From Stegostoma tigrinum (taxonomy: Eukaryota), in contig NC_081391.1 in assembly GCF_030684315.1 (NCBI RefSeq), forward strand, positions 20,420,629 to 20,484,628: a stretch of 64,000 nt of DNA, in the 5' to 3' direction. Shown in pieces: positions 39,345 through 53,890 of the stretch; the first letter of the stretch is position 1; every line of letters starts with the position of its first letter. The position numbers and the translations under genes are program-made. A model generated the notes under the pieces. That model searched no databases, had not been told where the DNA came from, and worked only from the letters and a program-made list of their open reading frames with translations.

Positions 39345-42300
39345 GTCAGTGATGATGCTTAATCTCAAACATTACATTATCACTTCCAACATTCTGCAAG
39401 TCAATTGGACATTTCAAAACTGATTTGTTGAGCTGTGTTAGTTCGCAATATGATGTGATGTGGAACCCAGGCAAAGATATTAAAAGAAGAGAGAGACTTT
39501 CACTGATCCAGTTGAATGGGGGAACAGACTTGAGAGGCTAAGTGCTCTCATTATCACAGAATAATAATCTCAACCTGACTGTTGCCCAAATCTCTGATTG
39601 ACTCTGGGTCTCAGCACATTGCCCCACACCCCCTCTCCTTGTTCATTGGTGCCTGGGTTCTTGCAGATTCCTGATTGACAATCTCTGACAACCAATCATT
39701 GTTAGTGATGACATTTCCTGGTTGGGTGAAGGATGTTTTCCAGGAGTATAAATACAAGAGCTTGTGGTAGGGAGACTTAGTTCTAGAGTTGTTCAAGTGA
39801 TTGTGAGCAGCAATAGTGAAGATGCCCTCCCAAGTGTGGCAGAACCATCACAAGGCCTGTGAGGATGTTGTTAACAAGCAGATCACCCTGGTGCTTTCTT
39901 TCTCCCATGTTTACCTCTCCATGGTGACAGTGGTGTTCTCTGGATTTATTTCAGATTTCAAGCTGTGGCCTCAATGTATTGTGGGTGCAGGATCTCTCTG
40001 CATCATTCAATTCATATTTTAGAATCTTCTGTGGCCTTTCCCTGACCTTGACAAGTTAATAATCTTTTAATGGTTTGATCTTGATGTATGAACTGGGAAT
40101 TCTGTGCGTGTTTTTCTGTACAATGTAATTAGATTTATTCTATTGAATAGTGTTAATCAGTCTAGAGATATTATGTCTGACCTCTAGAGCGTATGTGACC
40201 CTGGACCTCCATCCCAGAGGGAGGAACACTATCACAATCCTGAGTTCTATTTGCTGTCAATACTTCACTAATAAACTCTGCAAGTTCACTCCAGAGCTGA
40301 GAATCCTGTTCTGTGTTGGAAGGTTTCCTTGCTGAAGCTGAGCCATTTTCCCTACCCATATGGCCTTGTGGAATGATGAGGTTTTATTTTAATGTGTAAT
40401 ATTTGGTGTCAAGTATGAAATATTCATGACCCAACTTGTAGGAAGATGATCCTTTCCCTTCCCTCCTGCTTCACAAGGCATGAAACTCAACCTCAACATA
40501 TTCTGGTGTGGTTTTTGTTGTGATTTACAAGGGAGGCTTTCCCTTCCAGAACCTGCAGGCCTGACTGAAGAAGCATTTCAAGTAGAGAAGGATCTTTAAC
40601 AACAAACCCCAATGGATTTCCCTGTTTACAATCCTTTCACTTTTGACTGGGAAGATGTTGCCCTGTGTCACTTTGAGTTCTCATGTCACTGTTCTTTGAA
40701 GGAATGGGAACAGCTAAGAAACTGACGGCATTCCGGAAAGTGGGTGCATGCTCCTCTTGTAGGACATCAAGATTGGGTTTAATGAAATGGCATTTTGACC
40801 TGAAGAAGACTTTTTTAAGCCCTGAATATTATAGCATTTTAATGCTTTGGATATAATCTCTTAGCAGTTGTGCTATCTCCTCATGAGATGGAGGTCTCGT
40901 TGCTTTTTTTCACTGGTTTCTTGCACTTTAAGTGATGTGTCTCGTCTCTTGCCATCCACTCCCACGCTGCCGTTTCAGAAGCCTGACCATGGCAACGGTC
41001 TGGAGGCAATGCAGGGAGCTCAGCAGATGGAGAAGGATGTGAACCAGAGTGTGCTGGATCTGCACAATCTCTCCTCTGACCACACAGACCCTCATGTGAG
41101 TTCCTCACTTTCTCTCCAAGAAGCTTCCTGGCCTTTCACTGCTAAATTCAGCAAGTAGGGCTGATGGCCTTGAGAGCAACAAACTACCAGGATGATTTTC
41201 AAATTACAGGAAAGATGAATGTTTCCAACCTGAAAGTGATCTGTTTGTGTACTCTTGGGGGGGGAAGGGGGAATACAATTGTCTCATAACTGCCTCCTGC
41301 AGACTGTTAAATCTACAACAGTCTAAATGAATCACCAGAGTGCCCCTCTCCTTCAACATGGCGGTGATTTGTTAAATCTGAATTGAGGGTTACTTCCAAA
41401 TGTCTTCAATGGACTCAACTAACTTGTTTTGTCTTCCAGCTGTGAATTCCTGGAGAGGCACTACTTGGATGAGCAAGTGAAGATGATCAAGAAGCTGGGG
41501 GATGACATCACCAACCTGAAGAGACTGGGAGCCCCTCAGAAGGGCAAAGGAGAGTATCTGTTTGACAGGCTCAGCCTGAGCTTGAATGGGGATTCAACAA
41601 CTCCATTTGTTGTACACTGGTGTTCTAGTGAATGACTTTTTTTTGCGCACTCTGCACAAAATGAAAACATTGCCCACGTATCTGACTACACTTAGTTGTC
41701 TGTTTATTAAATCCCTGAGGCTTTTTGCTCTCTGCATTGAATCAATGCTTGCCGTGGCAATTTTTGTTCAGTTTCTGAATCCAGAGTCATAAGAATATTT
41801 TAAATGAGTAATTGTTGTGGAAATCAAACTGTTAAGCTTTTGGCTTTTAAGCAGTGCTCATGGTGACAGTTCTGTATGAGCAGGCCTCAGTCAATAGCTT
41901 CGCCAAAATTGCTCCATTCTAACTGTTAGCCACTTAACTGGTGCCCTGTCCCTAGCAATGCTCCAACTTTCCTAAAAGCTGGGATCAAACACAATACAAA
42001 CGTCTAGAGTCAGGGGGGCAGGTGGCACTCTGCATGTGTTGATACACCAGTTAAATGTTTGAGTCTGGTGACTCCTCAACTGAAGTCTATCCACAGGTGC
42101 TGCCGGACCTCACTTTTGCTGGTAACTTTCACTTAACTTGATGAGCAGAATTCAAGCATTAAAAAAATACTTTGTTCGTAGAAAAGGAACAACAATGGCA
42201 ACTGGCATGTGCATTGCATTTTTTTGGGCGTGTTTCTTTGAAGAAGTAACACACCACTGTTCTGGTTTCCCAAGCTAAGGAACTGGATTTTCTTACAAGT

Positions 42301-43140
42301 CTCCACTGTAAGAGACTGAGTGAGGAATCTGCTCTCTCCTGTAACAGTGTCTCCTATCCTCAATGCCCACCTTGTAGGAACAAATCTGGCATAGTTCCTG
42401 TTCTTGCTCCAGCAATCAACTGCTGTGGACAGCGGGTGCAATTAAAGCTACATTTGCAGACAACAGGATCCAGTAGACTCTGGTTCACCTTCTTCCCTCT
42501 CTCTCTCTGCAGAGTTCCCTTCTTTTCTATCTGCAGCATTCCCTGCATTGCGTCCAGGCTTCTGGCAGCGGGGTTGCAGAAGAGAGAAGAGACACTTCAC
42601 TTAATTTGCTGAAAGGACTGCTGAGAGTTGGCTTACATTTTTCTAACCCTTTCAGGGAAGGAAAGCAGTTGGCCGACAGCTGACTCACCACCCACACAGC
42701 AATGCAGCTGGCTATTTACTGTCAATCTTTGAGTAAGGAAGAGGTACGGTATAGTGCCAGTGTAGCAGCAGAAGAGGGACTTTTCCACATATCAGACAGA
42801 AGCAGGCATAGCCCCTCTTACTGTGGACACCCCAGTACCTCTATGCTTGTATCCCTGCCACTCCCTCATCCACTCTGTACTCCCCATTAACCCCAGCCCT
42901 GTTCCCTGCAACTGTAGGAACAGCTACACCTAACCACCACCCACCCATGTCTCCATTCAAAACAAACAAACCTTCAACATCAGACGGCGATAACCTGTAC
43001 ATGTTCCAAGTCGGTCTATTGTATCAGCTGCACACAATGTGGCCTCTGCTACATGAGGGAGACAGTTTTTCAAGAGCATCTGTGCTCAAAGCGCAACAAA
43101 AAAAAAACCAAGGTTTTCCAATTAGAAAATGTTTTAACTG
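39345..43140 (+). repeat. Partial third duplication unit C (homologous to about 10878-14710)
   Basis: Begins abruptly at TCAGTGATGATGCTTAATCTCAAAC; contains pseudogene 7 and the same downstream flank. Confidence 0.85.
39822..41585 (+). pseudogene. Ferritin pseudogene, copy 7
   Basis: Exons 39822-39923, about 40632-40771 (acceptor and donor lost, inversion 40680-40701, indels, TAG), 40979-41095 (9-nt deletion), 41440-41585 (2-nt deletion giving an immediate TGA). Confidence 0.93.
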
Positions 43141-43493
43141 CCCCCACCACCACCCCCATACAGGTCCTGAAAAATTGTTTGTCAGTACAACACTGTTTAC
43201 TAGCCAGAAAAACTGAACACTTGTGGGATTTCCACTAAATCGATTGCCTCCTGAATTCCTACAGACGCAAGAGGAGCAAACTACTGGGGCAGGCATTGAA
43301 TTAAAGGTTAATCAGAAGTAACAGAAAAGGATTTAATGATCAGGTGTCAAACAGCAATACCAAGAGCCAGAAGCAGCTGTGAAATTATGCAAAGTACTCA
43401 GTTCCATGGTGAACACTATTTTAATTTGCTCAGAGCACAACCAAGTTACTAGCATTATGTCACCATGTACAACATACACATTATTGACCCCAT

Positions 43494-45921
<2,428 letters not shown>

Positions 45922-46200
45922 CTTCACTATTCCTGCTCACAAGCACCAAGAAAACTCTAGAACTAAGTCTCTCTCTCCCACAGGCTCTTGTATTTATAGT
46001 CCTGGGACCATCCTGCAGTCACACAGAGAGAGGCAGAACTGATGATGACTGACAGTTGCTGCTGGCCAATCAGGAACCACCCCTGCATACAGGCACCAAT
46101 GAGAGAGAGGGGGAGGGTGTGTTAAGCAGAGCTGATCAGAGGTGGAGATGAGAGCCAGGTCTGGATGGTTATTCTGTGATTGGAACAGCAGGAGGCCATT
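45922..46200 (-). promoter_or_regulatory. Ferritin copy 8 promoter/5'UTR
   Basis: TATAAATA (complement of 45991-45998); TGACTGACAG 46046-46055 + 10 nt + CCAAT 46066-46070; second CCAAT at about 46096. Confidence 0.7.
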
Positions 46201-46489
46201 CGGCATCTCAAACCTTCTGCACCACTCAATCAGGTCGTGTGTTATTTGGTTCTTTTCTGAAAGAAGTAAATATGGTTTGAGAAAAGATTGCTCGTTTTGT
46301 TTTTAAATTATGGTGGTTGTGATCAACTGCACAAGGGACTCATTGAGGAAGGGGAGTGTCAGTTTCTCAGCCTGTTGTGCTGGGATTTGGGAAAGAAAGG
46401 TGGGAAATTGGCTCGGGGTCATCAAAAATTGTCACAGTGTCAGCTGTGGAAAAGACAGGACGGATGTTCCTGATGATGGAAAAGTTCAG

Positions 46490-46765
46490 GACCAGGGGTC
46501 GCAGCCTAAGGACACATTTAGGACTGAGATGAGGAGAAATCTCTTCACCGAGAGAGTGGGTGTCCTGTGGAATTCTCTGCCACAGAAAACATTTGAGGCC
46601 AAAACTTTGAATGTTTTCCAGGAGCAGTTGGGTGTAGCTTTGAGGGCTGAAGGGATCAAAGAGTATGGAGAGAGAGTGGGAAGATGGGACTGAGTTAGGG
46701 GATCAGCCACAATCATATGGAATGGCAGAGCAGGCTGGAGAGGGCGGAATGGCCTACTCCAACAA
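46490..46765 (+). mobile_element. CR1 LINE 3' fragment
   Basis: FRTEMRRNLFTERVGVLWNSLPQ (ORF 46310-46693) and the tail GGCGGAATGGCCTACTCC. Confidence 0.8.
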
Positions 46766-47434
46766 TTTTTTTTCTGTGATTCTACATTTGTACAACCAGT
46801 GCAGCCAGGGTATTGTGATGCAGGGGTAATGTCCGTAGCAGTGGACCAGGAAGCCTTGGTCCAAGTCCATACCAGATCCAGAGATTTTGTAACATCTCTA
46901 CAGGCAGATTTAGAAAACAACCAGAACAGGTGCAGGCACAAAGGATCGAATGGCCTCCTGCTGTGCCACAACAATTCTCCGATTCTGTGATGGGTTAGTA
47001 CCTGAGCAGCATCTCCCTGCCTCCAGCTCCTGCCTGTGGATTGTCACCTCGCAGTGATGGAGAGCCTCGAGTGTTCTGTTGGTTCTGAGAGTGGTACCTG
47101 AAGAGGATTTCACCTCCTGGCAGGGCCAACCAGGACGGTACGGTCAAGGGGAGGGTCCTGGTAAAGTGCAATGCAAAACAAGTCCCCACCGGCCATCCAG
47201 GTGGAAGATAGGCGAGTGCTATCGTTGGCTGTGACGGTGGGTGAAGGCCAGCAGTGGGGGAGATCCCCAGTCAACATTTCTTTGCCACTGGTACTGGGTC
47301 TACCTTGTGTAAAGGACGATGTCTCTGCTGATGTGTAACAGCTTTCCCACATTACAGGTGCCCACTGAGAGGAGTGCAAAACCCCTCCCCAAACTCTCAG
47401 AATTTCCTGGGTGGATAGATTTTTAATGCTGGGA

Positions 47435-48260
47435 TGCCATTCGGCCCATCGTGTCTGTATTAATTTCTGAACGAGCTACCAACCTAGTCCCACTCTCCTG
47501 CCCGATGTCTGTAGCCCTCTAAGTTCATCACTTACAAGTATATATCCAACTTTTTCCTTTGAAATTAGCCATGGAATCCACCTCCATCACTCTCCCAGGC
47601 AGCACCTTCCAAGTCCGAACAAGTTTGAGTAAAGGTGAGTCTCCGCATCTCACTCTGATCTCCCCTACTGGCAAATTGTGGCCCCTCATCACTGATATGT
47701 TAACTGCTTAAATCAGAATATCCTCCTTTCCTCTGACAAAATGTTTCATAATTTTGGTCTCTTCAATCAGGAGATCTCTTAATCATCTCTACTGCAAGGA
47801 GAACAATCCCAATTTCTTTAATCTTTCTGTGTATCTAAAATTCCTCATTCCTGTTATCATTCTCATGAATTGCCTTTGAACTCTGTCCTCAGCTTTAATG
47901 TCTTTCCCTCAATAATGTGCCCAGAATGGAACACAATACTGCGAATGTGGTCTAACCAATGATTTGTGGTGGTAGACACAGGCACGATTGTGTCTTTTCA
48001 GATGTATCTGGACAGGTACATGGATGGACAGGGAGCAAAGGGATACAGACCCTTAGAAAATAGATGCCAGGTTTTAGACAGAGGATCTCAATCGGTGCAG
48101 GCTTGGAGGGCCGAGGGGCCTGTTCCTGTGCTGTAATTTTCTTTGTTCTTCTTTATAGAGGTGTAGCCTCAATTCCTTACTTTTATACTCTGTGCCTCTG
48201 TTCGAAAAGGCAACTTTCCGATAAGCCACCTTCATAGCAGCTTCACCTGGCCTGACCACT
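47435..48260 (-). mobile_element. Degenerate CR1 remnant, with a nested CR1-type 3' piece at about 47975-48150
   Basis: Minus-strand CR1-like 3' region beginning GCCATTCGGCCCATC on +. Boundaries approximate. Confidence 0.5.
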
Positions 48261-50273
48261 TTCAGATAAGCGCATGCTTAAAACCCAAAAGTCCCTCTGC
48301 TCCTGTACTCCTCCCAGATTTGTAACATCAAATCTGTTTTGTCTTTATGTTTCTTTTCCAAAAATGCATTGTAACCATTCAGAAGAAACAGTTCCTCTCT
48401 CTCCCTACCCTGTCAAAATCCATGAATCCTCAAAATTTCAATTACAGCCATCCCTTATCCTTCTACACAGGGAGACTTAGACAAACTGTTGTCAATTAAC
48501 CTGCTCTGTCCAGGTGCATTCCAGAAATTCTGTGCATAGCCATCTTTGGTTCCAATCTGCAAGAACTGAACACACCAGCTGGGAAATTGCCAATCTCTGG
48601 TTCAAAAACAACCTCCGTCCAGAGGTATTTGAACCCCTTGGAGATCAGGTCTAACATCAGATTAGATAATGTGCTGACTTGCTTTTGCCCATTTGGTGTA
48701 GACAGATCCACAATGTTCCTAGTGAGGGAATTCCTATCCACCAACACTGGAAGAATGTGGTTATGTTTCCAACTCAGGATGGCAAGTAGCTTGGTCTAGA
48801 ACTTACAGGGCGGGGGTGGTGTTCCCATGTATCTTCTGCCCTTGTCATATAGGGAAGGAGTTGGGGTTTTGGGAGGTGTTGACTAAGGAGCTTTGTAAAT
48901 TTCTACAGCATTTGTTAGTCGATATTTATTGCATTCCCAGCATGTCAGTGGTGGAAGGAGCAAATGTTTGTGGATATTGTACCCAACAATCAGCTGGAGC
49001 CTGTCAAGATTCTTGAGAACTACTCATTATCCTGATTTTGTCTGGCATCTTCCTCCTGTCCATGTGTGGATAAGGTCATTATTTCTATTCCCCTACCAAT
49101 CCCTATTGAGGAAACCAATGCTGGGAGCATCTGTCTTCAAACTAAAGCCAAACATGTCTGTTCACCAAACAGAAACAAGGCAATTCTGCTTGAAGTTCAC
49201 ACTGCACAATTGGAAATGCCCCTTCTGGCAAGGTGATTAATAAAACAAGTTCCTACTACCATATGACTCAGAACACCTGGTTTAACTGGGATGATACTCA
49301 ACACTCCAGTATTCCATTTGTACTCCTCCCTTGATATGGAGAGGTTTTACTTGGGAAGTGTGTCATTCACATATCTGTACCACAGATTTCATTTCATTCA
49401 ATTTCAGCTAAAGGTTGTAAGTGCAGGTTTCAGAAGCGGTAGGGCAGCCTGAGTTGAGTTATTTTTTGCCCTGTTAGAAACAGGTCAAAATTAGTCTCAC
49501 CCACCTCAAGCAAGAAAGTTTGCTGCTAGAGAAACAATTCCTTACTTGGGCAACAACTATATAACCATCAAGTATTGCTTATCCAGAAGTAGTCATATAG
49601 CATCTTGCAGGTATGATAATAACCTTCATATTCCTGTAGGGACAGTTTTAACTGATCTACTGGAGACAGTAGAAGTTAACCATGAACTAGAAATCCAGGA
49701 CAAGCAGCATCTGTGGAGATAAAAGCTCATTTCAGCTCCAGAGACCATTCAGAATGGATTGCCAAGTGCTACCAGACCTGTTGGGCTTCTCCCAGGAATT
49801 TGTTTCTCTTTTTCCAGCATCCATAGTTCCTTTGAATCCTTGAAGAGGAAAACATTAGTAGGGACAGTGCACCAGTTAGATGATTGACATTTAGACAGTG
49901 GACTGTTCTATTTGTGTACTAGAGGCTGTTCCTAATCATTGCATTCAGCACAAGGCTGAATGCCATCAACTGCATGATTATTGCTTCCAAGTCAAAATGC
50001 TGAAGCAGTTGTGGAAATTCCACAAGAATTACTTGAAAAATCCCTATGGACAGTGGATTCCAAAAATCAGCAAGTCACATGGGCAGTTCTTGCCTCAAGA
50101 TACAGGCTGAAAGCTTAAGAACCAAGTAGAATAAAGTGTTATACAGCGAGAACATGCAAGAGATATGAAATTACACAAAGTATTCACCATGGAACTGAAT
50201 ACAAGTTTAATTCTGTTCAGAGAACAACTTAAGCCATTCACTAGAATGATGTCACCACAAAGTTTGGCCCCTC

Positions 50274-52672
50274 TCAGCTGAGGGTGAGCCTGTCAAACAG
50301 GTACTCTCCCGTGCCATTGTCAGGGGCTCCCAGTCTCTTCAGGTTGGTGATGTGATCTCCCAGCTTCTTGATCATCCTCACTTGCTCATCCAAGTAGTGC
50401 CTCTCCAGGAAGTCACACAGCTGGAGAAAGCAAAGTCAAAATTAGTCTACCAGATCAAAATGCCATTTCAAAAAGTGATCCTTCGTTTCAGATGTCACTA
50501 GAGGGAGAAGTACCCAGGTGATGCAGTTAGTTTTAGTGACTGCATGAGGTTGTTGAGAGAGATCTTATTTCTGTTAGTGTGCAGAGAAAGATCATTTGCT
50601 TCCAAGGTTTTGAAATAAATTTATCCTTCCTGCAATTCTTGGTAATGTATTGCTGTAAAAGAGGGGTGTCTGCCTTGCTTTCAAACTAGCAAGAAAACTT
50701 CTGAAGAGCTTAGAAACTCACATGAGGGTCCATGTGGCCAGAGGCGAGTTTGTGCAGATCCAGCAGACTCTGGTTCACATCCTTCTCCATCTGCAGAGCT
50801 CTCTGCATTGCCTCCAGACCATTGCCCCACTCATCCTGCTCTGGCTTCTGGAGGACAGGGAGGATAGAGGCAGACACTTAAGTCAGTTTATCCATTAAAA
50901 AAGTGAATTCATGTGGCATATAATGTTAGCAGACCAAAAGAATTAATTGCTTCAAATCCATATCTAGCACTATTACTGCGAGTCTTGCAAGACAGACACT
51001 AAGCCCCAACCTTGATGTCCTGCAGGAGGACCTGGCCTCCACGTTTATTCTGGAATGCCATCAGTTTGTCAGCATGTTCCTGCTCCTCACGGGACTGCTC
51101 CTTGAAGAATTCAGCACAGTGATGCAGGGCAACATCAACCCGGTCAAAGAAAGAGAACTGTGGGAGACAGAAAACATCACCATTGCTGCTGACAAGTCTC
51201 TTATCTAGTTGAAGGAGAAGTGCCACCCTTTTAACTCATGGCAAAAGCCTCAGAGTCATTGCAGCACACAGCCTATGCTGGCTAAATCCACCAGCCCCCC
51301 GCCCCTCACCAAAACCAAACTACTCCTACTTCACAGTTTGGCCCTATGTCCTTCTAAGCTTTCTATTCATTTGCTTGTTCAAATGCCTTCAAGATGTTTA
51401 GCTGTACTTTGATCTGTTGCTTCCTTTGGCAGCTCAGTCCCATACAAACCTCCCTCAAAAGAAGGAGTGGTCCCTCAGGCCCCTTATACATCTTTACCCT
51501 GACGTTAATCATATGGGCCCCTAGTTTTGAACTCACTTGGGCCATTCACCCTGTCCATGCCACCTATGATGTTACAAACTTCTACAAGTTCACCCCCACA
51601 ATCTCCAGTGAAGGTCACAGCCCATCCTTGATTGCAAACCCTCCAGTCCTGGCAACATCCTGACCCTTGTCCAAAGGAGTCATTCCTATAATTGTGCAAC
51701 TGTAACTGGACACAATACTCCAGAAGGAGCTTCCTGTACAAGTTCAGTATGTCATCCCCAACTACTTTAGTCAAGGTCAAGCAATAAGGTTAGCAGGCTA
51801 AGCAACTGCATAGCCAGAGAGTAACAATTGCCAGTGTTAGAGTCCAAGATAACAGTGGTGCTGGAGGAACAGAGGCCAGGCAGCAGGAGAGCAGGAAAAC
51901 TGACAAGTCATGTCAAAACACCTCATCAGAAAAGCATGCCCCCAAATCTCATGTCATTTACCTTCAAGCAAGTCTACCATTCCAAGCCTATAGGTTAAAG
52001 TTCCCCCTTGGGAACTTGGAGTGAAACAAAGTGATTGTCTCCTTACAAGAGAGTTCAATAACATTTTTAAATTTTTGGTGTTAAAGAGAAACATCTCATT
52101 GGCCATTACCCATATGACAAAAGATTTAACTTCAGCAAAGACACTTTCCAACAGAAGGCAACTCCCAGCACTGAATTCAGTTTGGGACAAGTAAATTAGT
52201 ACAGACTTTGCAGCCATTCAGGCTCAGGGTAGCAGACATACTCCTAGCTCTGGGAGACAACAGCCCAGTTGTGCCTCACAAGCTGTCAGGGTAGGTCAGT
52301 ATCTCACCAGGTTGAGAAAGATTGTCGTCTATTCAAGGCAGTGAATCCTAATACATTAAGGAGGCAAGTAACTTTTAGACCACACATCAACAAAGCATTG
52401 AGAATTTGAGGGATCAAACTGTCCAAGAAAGTATTCACTGCTCCAAGTAAGGGAGGGGGCTACACCAGAACATTACACATGAGTCAAACAAGGCTAAGAA
52501 ATCATACCCCCTCAATACAACATGATTGCAGCTTTAAATCTGAAATAAACCCAGAGAACACTAGGCTCACCATGGAGAGGTAAACATAGGAGGAATAGAG
52601 CTCCAGGTTGATCTGCTTGTTAACAGCATCCTCACAGTCCTTGTGGTAGTTCTGAGACACTTGGGAGGCCAT
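50274..52672 (-). CDS. fth1: Ferritin heavy/middle-subunit-like, copy 9 (intact ORF)
   Basis: Exons 52672-52571 (a second in-frame ATG starts at 52675), 51157-51011 ([32 protein letters not shown]...), 50847-50722, 50420-50274; TATAAAT at 52747-52741. Family-level symbol. Confidence 0.9.
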
Positions 52673-53890
52673 CATCAATATTGCTGCTCACTATCACCTA
52701 GACAACTCTAAAACTAAGCTACACTATGACAAACTCTTGTATTTATATTCCTGGGACATCCCATTCTCAGCCAGCGATGACATCACTAACAATGATTGAC
52801 AATCTCTGGCAGCAAATCAGGAATCTCCAAGAGCCCAGGCACCAATCAGCAAAGGAGAGGGGGTGTGGTGCAATGTGCTGAGACCCAGAGTCAACCAGAG
52901 ATTTGGGCAACAGTCAGGTTCAGATTATTATTCTGTGATAATGAGACCATTCAGCCTCTCAAGCCTGTTCCCCCATTCAACTATATCAGTGCGAGTCTGT
53001 GTCTTCATTTAATATCTTTGCCTGGGTTCCACATCACATCATATTCTGAACTAACACAGCTCAACAAATCAGTTTTGAAATGTCCAATTGACTTGCAGAA
53101 TGTTGGGAGTGATAATATAATGTTTGAGAAAAAAAAGCATCATCAGTGATTACCATAGCTTTGATGTGGAGATTATTCCCCCTTTTCCAGGATTACTTCG
53201 CCACAGGAAACAGTACATTGTCTAACGGCACGATTAGATCCATTAATAATCCAAAGTACCTGGATAATATTCGTTCTTGAGTCTTCCACACTCTTGCAAG
53301 GACAAGGCTAGTTGATGTAAACTGTATTCATAACGTAACCAGCTTGGGGCTGAGAAAATGCTGGTGAATCTGTGCTAAGGTCCCTCAAATAACCCTGTCA
53401 GAGCTCAGCACAGCGCTCCAAATGTGCTCTGATGCCACGTCTATGCTGTTGTATTACAACCCATGCTGTTTTGTTGCCCAGCCGGCTTGGGGGGAAACTG
53501 AGCACGTTCTGGCCTTTTTAATTCGGCTTTCATATCTGCCCACTGCCACACGGTTATTACGGTGCTGATGGTGACCATTCAGCCCATCGTATCCACCACC
53601 AACTCGCTGAGCGTTTCACCTCTTGCCATTCTCCTGCACTGTCCCTGTAATCTCCATGTTATTCCCTTTCAGATATCAGTCCTATTCCCTTTTGAATGCG
53701 TGAATTGAACCTGCCTCCAACACACTCTCGGACTATACATTTCACACCCTATCCACTCGCTGTGTTGGAAGGTTTTTATTTTCGCAGATCACTTCAGCTT
53801 CTTTTGCCAATTTTAAACCTGTGCCTTCTTGCACCTGACCCTTTCACAAATGGGAACATCGTGCCCCTGTTTGTTCTGTCTGGATCCCTC
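52500..53890 (-). repeat. Inverted duplicate of the upstream/promoter block of copies 3 and 6
   Basis: Reverse complement of about 10135-11510 and 28565-29940. ORF 53696(+) has the same N-terminal peptide as 28760(-). Confidence 0.9.
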
